From a candidate division WOR-3 bacterium (GTDB lineage Bacteria > Hydrothermota > Hydrothermia > LBFQ01): a DNA stretch of 47,434 bases. This document shows, one piece after another, positions 40,208 through 47,434 of the stretch. Where the stretch lies: NCBI GenBank assembly GCA_039802605.1, contig JBDRWW010000009.1, forward strand, positions 1 through 47,434. The letters are read 5' to 3'. A program made the position numbers and the translations under genes. The stretch's first letter is position 1, and every line of letters starts with the position of its first letter. Under the pieces are notes generated by a model, which did not search any database, was not told where the DNA came from, and saw nothing but the letters and a program-made list of their open reading frames with translations.

Positions 40208-40887
40208 TCCTCCATCTCCTTTAATTTATCGTTTGGGGCGAGGACAACCAAAACATCGTGTTCCAATATGACCGTGTTTGCGGATGGGGGGGCTATGATT
40301 TCCTCTTTATATCCCACCATTTCACCCCTTTTATCAAAAACGGGTTGCCTCCTCCTAATGGCCATTACCAGTATGTTATACCTTTTGGTTAGTTCAAGCT
40401 CCTTTAAACTCTTATCCCAAAACATCTTCGGTGCTTTCAATTCTACGATTGAATGGTTTTCCCCAACATTAAACTTTTCAAAGAGTTTTGGATACATTAG
40501 GTGGTCTGCTATGGATTTTGCGGCATCTTTTTCCGGCTGTATAACCTTATGAACACCTATTTTCTTTAAAATCTTTGCGTGTTTGTCGTTTTCGGCCTTT
40601 GCTATAATGTACCTTGCACCCATATCCAATAGGGAAATACATACCAAAACGCTTGCCTCAACATCGTCTCCTATCGCCACGACAACGGCATCAAGATTAT
40701 GAACGCCCAAAGACCTCAAAAGGGTTTCATCCGTGGCGTCTCCCACTATGGGCTGCTCCGCCAAATTTTCAAAAGCTTGGACGAGTTTTTCATCTTTATC
40801 AACGACTATCACTTCATGCCCCTTCTCTATTAATATGTTTGCAAGGGCGGAACCAAACCTCCCCAAACCTATTATGGCTACCTGCAT
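40198..40887 (-). CDS. ktrA: TrkA/KtrA-family K+ uptake regulatory subunit
   Basis: GLGRFG, D.VVVAIG, AKA....H..IL, PE, RCK_C domain. Confidence 0.92.
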   Translation of the reverse strand: MQVAIIGLGRFGSALANILIEKGHEVIVVDKDEKLVQAFENLAEQPIVGDATDETLLRSLGVHNLDAVVVAIGDDVEASVLVCISLLDMGARYIIAKAENDKHAKILKKIGVHKVIQPEKDAAKSIADHLMYPKLFEKFNVGENHSIVELKAPKMFWDKSLKELELTKRYNILVMAIRRRQPVFDKRGEMVGYKEEIIAPPSANTVILEHDVLVVLAPNDKLKEMEEWK

Positions 40888-42203
40888 TAAACTATTACCT
40901 CCCCCTTGGCATATCTAAACCTTACCCTTTTCGGTTGTATAAGAGATGCGGCAAATATGAGATAACCCGCCCTTCCTATTATCATAGCGAGTATAATCAT
41001 TAGTTTCCCAAAGGTTGAAAAATCCGCTACCAAACTCGCATTCGGTACCGTCATACTTCCCGTTGATAATCCAACCGTCCCAAAGGCCGAGAAAATTTCA
41101 AACAAAAACCTTATAAATCCCACACCGCTTATTACATCACGCTCCGTAAAGGAGAGTATAATAGCCCATAACCAAAGGGTGGAAATTCCCAAAACGAATG
41201 TTTGAAAGGATTTAACCACCACCTCGGTCGGTATTTCCCTTTTAAAGGCGGAAATGTGGATCTTTCCCTGCAAAGTTTGGTATATCCATATCACAACTAT
41301 TGCAAAGGTTACAGTCTTTATACCTCCGGCCGTACCACCCGGCGAACCTCCGATAAACATCAAGGTGGATGTTAGTAAAAGGGAGAAGGGGGACATTTGG
41401 GAATAATCTACGGTATTAAACCCCGCCGTCCTAGGTGTAATACTTGCAAATAGGGATTTCCATATACTCCCCCTTGTTTGCCCTTCCAAAAGGAAGAATA
41501 ACAAAAACGGCACGAGGATTAAAATGGCCGTTGTTGAAATAACCAGTTTGTCGTGCAAGGTTATCATTTTCCCCTTGAAAACAAAATTATAAATATCACC
41601 CCACACCTTAAACCCCAAGCCACCCAAAACTATCAAGGTCATAATGGTTATATTTACCAAGGGGTCATTTGCGTAATCCATAAGGTTGTTTGAAAATGTA
41701 GAAAACCCCGCATTGTTTAAGGCGCTTATGCTGTGGAACACCGCGTGTCCCAATGCCTCAATGGGGCTGTGGTGTTTGAGAAAGGGAATAAAGAGAAATG
41801 GGACGGCTAATAACTCTATTAAAAGCGATATAAACACAATCGTGGTCGCAAACCGTATTATAATACCCAAATCCCCGGAACCCAATGTTGCCAAAATGAG
41901 TTTTCTCGCATATATTGAACCCTTTGAACCCAAAGCCGCAAACAGTAAAGCGGTAATGGTCATATACCCAAGCCCGCCTATTTGTATAAGGATGGCTATT
42001 ATCGTTTTCCCAAATATGCTATACTTTGTAGCGGTATCAACCACTATTAAACCCGTGACGCAAAGGGCGGATGTGCTCGTAAACAGTGCATCAACAAAGG
42101 TTAAATCCCCTTTATGGGAAAAGGGCAGGTATAGGAGTATTCCACCTATGAAGGAGATAATAATATACCCCAAAAACAGGGTGGCCGCGGGGGATAGTCG
42201 CAT
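40887..42203 (-). CDS. ktrB: TrkH/KtrB-family K+ uptake membrane subunit
   Basis: Four pore loops: SALCVTGL, SALNNAGF, PRTAGF, SAFGTVGLS; IGGSPGGTAGGIK. Confidence 0.93.
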   Translation of the reverse strand: MRLSPAATLFLGYIIISFIGGILLYLPFSHKGDLTFVDALFTSTSALCVTGLIVVDTATKYSIFGKTIIAILIQIGGLGYMTITALLFAALGSKGSIYARKLILATLGSGDLGIIIRFATTIVFISLLIELLAVPFLFIPFLKHHSPIEALGHAVFHSISALNNAGFSTFSNNLMDYANDPLVNITIMTLIVLGGLGFKVWGDIYNFVFKGKMITLHDKLVISTTAILILVPFLLFFLLEGQTRGSIWKSLFASITPRTAGFNTVDYSQMSPFSLLLTSTLMFIGGSPGGTAGGIKTVTFAIVVIWIYQTLQGKIHISAFKREIPTEVVVKSFQTFVLGISTLWLWAIILSFTERDVISGVGFIRFLFEIFSAFGTVGLSTGSMTVPNASLVADFSTFGKLMIILAMIIGRAGYLIFAASLIQPKRVRFRYAKGEVIV

Positions 42204-42206
42204 TTG

Positions 42207-42512
42207 TCAGCGGTTTAACCCTTTAAACTCTTCAACTTCAACCTTATCTTTCAATCTCGCCATATTTACGGCCAAAGCCAACCCTATGGAAACCTCAGAA
42301 GCCGCTATTATCAACACCAACAAGGCCCAAAACTGCCCCTCTACACCCATAACACCAAATGTTTGGGATGCGGATATTATGGCGAGGTTTGTGGCGTTAA
42401 GCATGAGTTCAAGGCTCATTAAAACAACCAAGAAGTTTTTTCTAAAAATCGCACCAAAACCCCCAATTGCAAAAAGCACAATGGCGAGGGATAAAAGAAA
42501 AATCGTATTCAT
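42207..42512 (-). CDS. nuoK: NADH-quinone oxidoreductase subunit K
   Basis: LFAIG..G...RKN....MS.ELMLNA, GQ, AASE..IGLA. Confidence 0.93.
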   Translation of the reverse strand: MNTIFLLSLAIVLFAIGGFGAIFRKNFLVVLMSLELMLNATNLAIISASQTFGVMGVEGQFWALLVLIIAASEVSIGLALAVNMARLKDKVEVEEFKGLNR

Positions 42513-43003
42513 CTTTCCTCCTCCCTCTTAACCAATGCAATGGCGGCAACAATGGCAACCAAAAGCACGAAAGAGGAGAGTTCAAAGGCAAAGAGCCCAT
42601 CCGTTAGGAGGTACTTACCTATGACCTTTGCGGACATATATGCGGGTTGCAAGGGTTGTACATCGTATGTTAATATCCCGGCTATAACAAATATTGCGAG
42701 TAAGATAAAGAATACAAGGGCAAAAACCCCATTAATCCCAAAATCCCTATCCTTTTGGGGTTCCCTTAAATTCAAAAGCATAACGACAAACAGAAAGAAA
42801 ACCACTATACCACCCGCATACACAATAACCTGAACCAATGAAAGCAATGGGGATTGCAAGAGCATATAGATTACCGCCAATGAAAAGAAGTTTAGCAGAA
42901 GTCCGAGGGCGCTGTATAGCGGGTTTGGATGCATAACAACCGTAAACGCGCCAAGGATGGCCGCAAATGCGAATACATAAGTAAGTATATCCACGATATT
43001 CAT
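42509..43003 (-). CDS. nuoJ: NADH-quinone oxidoreductase subunit J
   Basis: NP+YSAL, Q+IVYAG.I.V.FLFV.MLL, FE..S..LL.A+..A. Confidence 0.92.
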   Translation of the reverse strand: MNIVDILTYVFAFAAILGAFTVVMHPNPLYSALGLLLNFFSLAVIYMLLQSPLLSLVQVIVYAGGIVVFFLFVVMLLNLREPQKDRDFGINGVFALVFFILLAIFVIAGILTYDVQPLQPAYMSAKVIGKYLLTDGLFAFELSSFVLLVAIVAAIALVKREEER

Positions 43004-43043
43004 AAGCGGATATTTTACCCCCGTTATTTTTATGTGTGGGTTG

Positions 43044-44609
43044 TCACTCCTTAACTACAAACGCCTTATAGATAGGCCTATCCTTTACTTTAAGCACATA
43101 TACACCCGCTTTCAAATCCACAAAGGTTTTGCCAATAACCCTTACGACTTTAACCTTCCTACCCGAGGTGTTGTAAATCTCAACCTCTGCACTTTTACCG
43201 GTTTCCACAATTACACCCCCTCTACTACCCATAACGGAAAGGTATAAACCCTTTGATTTACCTTCATCAACACTTATGGGGTCGTCATATCCCAAAACAC
43301 CGCAATCGGAAACCGGTACGGGTGAATCAAAAATGTAAAATGTTGAACTTGCAAAGTCGCAATTTGATACCAATTCCATACACCCATCGTTATCAACATC
43401 AGCAATGGACAAACCCTCAAAATAATCCAAGTCGTATGTCCATTTAACGCTTCCATCCGTACCCCTCAATATAACCAGGTGCGGGCTTGAACCGTACCTC
43501 GCTCCGGAAACGATTACCTCAACCTGCCCATCGTTATCAATATCACCTATTTTTCTTGAAAGGGCTTGATAACCGCTTACTGTTCCTGTATAACTCCAAA
43601 TTATAGAACCATCGGTTCCCCGTAAAGCGTATACACGGCCACTAGTACTAGAAGGTATGCAACCGAATAGGATTTCTATCATCCCATCACCGTTTATATC
43701 CCCAGCGGTTGGTGAATTCAAGTTTCCCCAGTAAGAACCACATCCCGAATTCCAGTTCCAATATAGCGTTCCGTCATATCTAAAAGCATACACATTTCCA
43801 CTTGCGGTGGCCACAACGATTTCCAAGAAACCGTCATTATCAAGGTCTGCAAGAACCGGGTTTCCTTGACCACCCACGGAATAAGACCACAAAAGGGTTC
43901 CATTGGTAGCCCGTAAGACTAAGAGATTCCCACCCGCCACGGTTATTAACTCATGCTGGCCATCGTTGTTTATATCGCCTATGGCTATGTTTCCGTAAGT
44001 ACTCCCAGCCGGATATGTCCATATAACGCTCCCATTGGTTCCCCTTAAAGCGTATATTGTGGAATTACCCGTTATATAAACCTCTCCATATCCATCACCA
44101 TCAACATCCGCCACGGTTGCTGGGGAATATCCTACCCCCACGCTCTGGGACCAAATTATGCTTCCATCCGTCCCGCTAAGGGCGTAAATCGTACCACCAG
44201 CGTGTTCTACGACAATTTCTAGCCCTGCCCTGGTGGGATCCAATTCCCCTACGGCAGGGGTACCCCACCCGGTTGAAGTAGCACCCAAGGACCTTGACCA
44301 TACTAAAGAACAATCCGTTCCCCTAAAAGCATAAACGGTTGGGGATGAATATGTTAATATGACCACCTCGTTAAGGCCGTCGTTGTTTATATCCGCAACT
44401 GCTGGATCCCCCTCACTACCTAAGCCCCCAATGGAACCCGAACACTTTAAATCCGGACCTGTAACGGCACCCTTTAAAAGTTGGATACCCCTCAAAGATG
44501 TTGCCCCGTGATGCATCATCCAAGTGGATATAGCGGCATCATAAGGGGGGAAGGATTGCGCAAAAACAACCGCAGGTATAATGCTTAAAACTAGAAATAG
44601 CCTTTTCAT
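43044..44609 (-). CDS. Secreted FG-GAP/VCBS beta-propeller protein with T9SS-like C-terminal tag
   Basis: Canonical signal peptide; about 7 repeats of (A/G)D.xxDG..E...YA+.G.dGs..W; YNTSGR..GVY C-terminus. Confidence 0.85.
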   Translation of the reverse strand: MKRLFLVLSIIPAVVFAQSFPPYDAAISTWMMHHGATSLRGIQLLKGAVTGPDLKCSGSIGGLGSEGDPAVADINNDGLNEVVILTYSSPTVYAFRGTDCSLVWSRSLGATSTGWGTPAVGELDPTRAGLEIVVEHAGGTIYALSGTDGSIIWSQSVGVGYSPATVADVDGDGYGEVYITGNSTIYALRGTNGSVIWTYPAGSTYGNIAIGDINNDGQHELITVAGGNLLVLRATNGTLLWSYSVGGQGNPVLADLDNDGFLEIVVATASGNVYAFRYDGTLYWNWNSGCGSYWGNLNSPTAGDINGDGMIEILFGCIPSSTSGRVYALRGTDGSIIWSYTGTVSGYQALSRKIGDIDNDGQVEVIVSGARYGSSPHLVILRGTDGSVKWTYDLDYFEGLSIADVDNDGCMELVSNCDFASSTFYIFDSPVPVSDCGVLGYDDPISVDEGKSKGLYLSVMGSRGGVIVETGKSAEVEIYNTSGRKVKVVRVIGKTFVDLKAGVYVLKVKDRPIYKAFVVKE

Positions 44610-44621
44610 AGTGCTTATATT

Positions 44622-45635
44622 CTACTCTTGAAAAGGTTTTTTGTCAAGTACCGTAAAAATGCACCTTTCAAATCCGATTGCCATTTCAAAAGTGGTGGGT
44701 ATTTCTTTGATCGCTTCCAAAGCCTTTGCTTTATACTTTTCAAAATCGTTCAAAACTTCCCCTATGCCCCTTGCAATATCCTCTGGGTTTTTCTCACACA
44801 AAACCACGAATTTACCCCAAACTTCCGCACCATCAACCCTTGTGGCCACGACGGGTGTTCCACAGGATAACGCTTCTAAAACCGGAAATCCCAAACCCTC
44901 AACCCTTGAAGTCAATACAAAAACCCCCACCTTTCTATAATATTCAACGAGTTCGTAATCGTCTTTTGGATAAACATGCTCAAAGTTTATACCCAAATCC
45001 TTTAATGTTTTATCGTATTTATCCGTTCCGCCGACAAGCAAAACCAAAAATTCAATTTCCCAGCTTTTTAGCATTTTTAAACTATCAAGGAAAATGTCAA
45101 AACCCTTACGTTTTTCCTTGCGGGGAATATACATTATTTTTGTTTTGTCCCTTTTTTCATTACCCGGTAAGAACACGCTTTTATCAACTCCGGCCTTTAT
45201 TAAACAGTGGCAGTTTGTGCGTTTGCATATGGCGGCATTGTATGTTATCCGCTTTACGGGAAACAGATATGTTAGATACGCCAAAAGCTTCATAAATGGG
45301 TTTTTGAAAAACCTGTGTTCTAAGTCTTGGACGAAATAAAGGGAGGGTTTAGGTGAAAATAATGCCAAATAAACCGTAGGAAAAAAGTTATAAATTACAA
45401 TGTCAAAACCCTCCAAGTTTATAATGTTTGCGGTGTAAATTAGGTGTAAAAGGCGGTTTTTAAATGGGGTTTCAAGCATCTTGATTTTTGGGGATATTTT
45501 AAAGGGTGTATTACCCCTTCCTTTTGGGTATATTATCCAAACCTCATATTTTTCCGATAAGTAATTTGCTATTTCAAGGATTTTTCTAACGCCTCCATAA
45601 CTCCCCAGCGATAAAAGGGGTATGCATATCCTCAT
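44622..45635 (-). CDS. Glycosyltransferase family 4
   Basis: GG....A..L, RKG, S..EG.G.P.LEAL.CG.PVV. Confidence 0.88.
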   Translation of the reverse strand: MRICIPLLSLGSYGGVRKILEIANYLSEKYEVWIIYPKGRGNTPFKISPKIKMLETPFKNRLLHLIYTANIINLEGFDIVIYNFFPTVYLALFSPKPSLYFVQDLEHRFFKNPFMKLLAYLTYLFPVKRITYNAAICKRTNCHCLIKAGVDKSVFLPGNEKRDKTKIMYIPRKEKRKGFDIFLDSLKMLKSWEIEFLVLLVGGTDKYDKTLKDLGINFEHVYPKDDYELVEYYRKVGVFVLTSRVEGLGFPVLEALSCGTPVVATRVDGAEVWGKFVVLCEKNPEDIARGIGEVLNDFEKYKAKALEAIKEIPTTFEMAIGFERCIFTVLDKKPFQE

Positions 45636-46972
45636 TAAACCAAAAGAACTTTTATATTGGGAATGGCCTTTTTGTTTATGTTTTTTATCGGGTTTCCTTT
45701 TAGTTCAAGTCTGTAAAGGTTTTCAAGGGTGCAGTTGGGTGAAAATTCCTCTATTTGATTGTTGTTTAGAATTAAGGTTTCAAGGTTCTTAAATTCGCAA
45801 AGCCAGCTATTAACATCTTTTATCTTGTTATCCGAAAGGTCAATGTCGGTTAGTTTTTTTAATCCGTCCAACCCGTTAATTCTTTCCAATTCGTTCCCCC
45901 TAAGGTCCAATTCCAATAGATTCCCACCATAAATTTCCGGCAAACTTTTAAGGGAAAGGTACGACATTTCCAAAATCCTCAGTGTGTTGGGTAGTTTCAG
46001 GGTTTGCGGTGCGGAAATCGTATTCCCTTTTTTAATCCTCAAAACCTTCCAATTTAAGCCTTCAAGGGAAATATCGCCTTTTAGATATACGCCCCCTATG
46101 CTTTCCAAATGCAGTTCAATGAGGTTTTTAAAACCCCTTAGCCATTGAAAACCCCGTAAATATTCAAGGTTTATAACCCTCAAAAACTTTAAATCGCTTT
46201 CAATACCTTCAAAAACATCCAAATCTGCCAAATTCTCAACCGTTAAACTTTCCAAACCCTTTAAACCGTTTAAAAACCCAAATTCCAATCCTCCATCTCG
46301 TAGGATCAACCTTAAAGATTTTAGCCCTTTCAAATTCTCCAAATTCCGTAAGTCCAATTCCGAAATATTACCAACATTTAAAGTTAAACTTTCAAGGTTT
46401 TGTAAAGAGCATAATTCCGAAAAGAAACCCTCTTCAACCCTATTTGCAACTATCTCAAGGTTCTTTAAACCTTTGAGTTTTGAAAAACCCCTAAACCTCG
46501 CAACATCGGTTATAATTGCCAAGGAACTTATACCCTCTAAATCCTCCGGTATATCCACATCCCCCCTACCCTCATATTTCCCCTCCTTAACCCCTTTTAA
46601 AGCGTAGAATGGGTTATTTTTCTTTTTAACCGAATTAACAAACTCTTGAAACCCTTCCCGTAAAATCTTTAAAACATCTTCATCTCCGGAATATGCTATA
46701 ACATTGCCGTTTATGGAAAATAGGGGGACACCGTTTTTATAGTTTTCGGTAATTTCCTTTGTGGATAAGAGCTTAAACTCGTCTCCATTAACCTTAACCG
46801 TTAGGCCGTTATAATGTTTAAGCATTTCGTAGTGTTTTTCACTTATAGGTATTTCTTTCAACAAAAATCTTAAACTTTTATCACCCGCACCCCTGTTAAA
46901 CCTGTACTCCACCTCAAAACCCTCCCCCTTTAACGCTTTAAGCATTTCTTTTATTTCTTCAAATATTTCCAC
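45635..46972 (-). CDS. Leucine-rich-repeat protein with putative N-terminal SMI1/KNR4 (SUKH)-like domain
   Basis: LxxLxLxxN repeats (LLELDLRGN, LTDIDLSDN, LETLILNNN, LELKGNP); N-terminal GA........P.....Y..L..YNG; GTG start; TAATG coupling to the GT4 gene. Confidence 0.8.
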   Translation of the reverse strand: MEIFEEIKEMLKALKGEGFEVEYRFNRGAGDKSLRFLLKEIPISEKHYEMLKHYNGLTVKVNGDEFKLLSTKEITENYKNGVPLFSINGNVIAYSGDEDVLKILREGFQEFVNSVKKKNNPFYALKGVKEGKYEGRGDVDIPEDLEGISSLAIITDVARFRGFSKLKGLKNLEIVANRVEEGFFSELCSLQNLESLTLNVGNISELDLRNLENLKGLKSLRLILRDGGLEFGFLNGLKGLESLTVENLADLDVFEGIESDLKFLRVINLEYLRGFQWLRGFKNLIELHLESIGGVYLKGDISLEGLNWKVLRIKKGNTISAPQTLKLPNTLRILEMSYLSLKSLPEIYGGNLLELDLRGNELERINGLDGLKKLTDIDLSDNKIKDVNSWLCEFKNLETLILNNNQIEEFSPNCTLENLYRLELKGNPIKNINKKAIPNIKVLLV

Positions 46973-47013
46973 AAGTCAGTATTATAAATTGGTTAAAGGT
47001 TTAGTTGGATCTT

Positions 47014-47376
47014 GTTTCGACCCGTTATAGGTGGGCTAATGACTTTCAACACTCCAATTAGCCCTTCTGTTTGTGTTTCAACCCCTTATAGGTAGGCTAA
47101 TAACTGGGGTTGGAATACCTGTTCGGTTGTGGCCAGTTCATTCAGTTTCAACCCCTTATAGGTAGGCTAATAACAAAGCCTATCCCCTACCTTTTGGCGC
47201 TCCTCATCGTGTTTCAACCCCTTATAGGTAGGCTAATAACCTCACCAAGGTCTATGCGTGCCTTATTGAGATTTTCGTTTCAACCCCTTATAGGTAGGCT
47301 AATAACCATTTCAAACATAGCGAGAGTATGTAGAAAGGTGCGTATGGTTTCAACCCCTTATAGGTAGGCTAATAAC
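47014..47376 (-). CRISPR. CRISPR array, 6 repeats and 5 spacers; repeat in inferred transcribed orientation GTTATTAGCCTACCTATAAGGGGTTGAAAC
   Basis: Identical 30-nt repeats start at 47075, 47145, 47211, 47277 and 47347; a degenerate trailer repeat at 47014-47043 has 4 mismatches. Spacers are 31, 40, 36, 36 and 40 nt. The GAAAC 3' end and trailer position imply minus-strand transcription. Confidence 0.97.
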
Positions 47377-47434
47377 CCTTGGGTGCCACTCCGTCAGACT
47401 CGCCTATCATTATTACCCTTTCCGGGTATTATAA
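47377..47434 (-). promoter_or_regulatory. Proximal CRISPR leader with -10 box TATAAT (47433..47428)
   Basis: 58 nt with no further intact repeat; TATAAT points into the array. Confidence 0.55.

Noticed and set aside
41686..42531. 281-aa plus-strand ORF
   Set aside because: Antisense shadow of ktrB/nuoK with no recognisable motifs.
47044..47346. All spacers have an open reading frame in the crRNA orientation (possible strand bias)
   Set aside because: Open frames in 31-40 nt sequences are expected by chance and cannot be assessed without protospacers.
47110..47367. 85-aa ORF with repeated FQPLIGRLIT
   Set aside because: It is a translation of the CRISPR repeats and spacers.

Overview
A 47.4 kb gene-dense segment of a bacterial chromosome, probably from a thermophilic diderm. 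T9SS-type C-terminal tags, a C25 peptidase and scrambled gene order suggest a WOR-3/FCB-related lineage (inference, not verified). It holds about 40 mostly housekeeping or envelope CDSs (murE, nadB, pyrR, pstB, der, plsY, suhB, secG, yidD, gdhA, nuoJK, ktrAB and others), a tRNA-Arg(ACG), a DUF6922-like/AbiEii toxin-antitoxin pair, and a heavily eroded beta-helix surface-protein pseudogene. At the right end is a 6-repeat CRISPR array with no cas genes in view; at the left end is a CRISPR-leader-like region with an outward-facing promoter. Main observations: (1) a TAnnnT -10 box lies 7-10 nt (mostly 8) before the start codon of nearly every operon-first gene, with no Shine-Dalgarno, implying a (near-)leaderless expression regime; (2) several clearly extracytoplasmic proteins have ultra-short N-terminal hydrophobic tags with no positively charged n-region; (3) a CCA-less tRNA ends 1 nt before a start codon; (4) nuoJ-nuoK are coupled to ktrB-ktrA; (5) a SUKH-like+LRR gene lies directly downstream of the CRISPR array; (6) the two window ends look like two halves of one CRISPR leader/promoter. 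All family assignments are by eye, without database searches.
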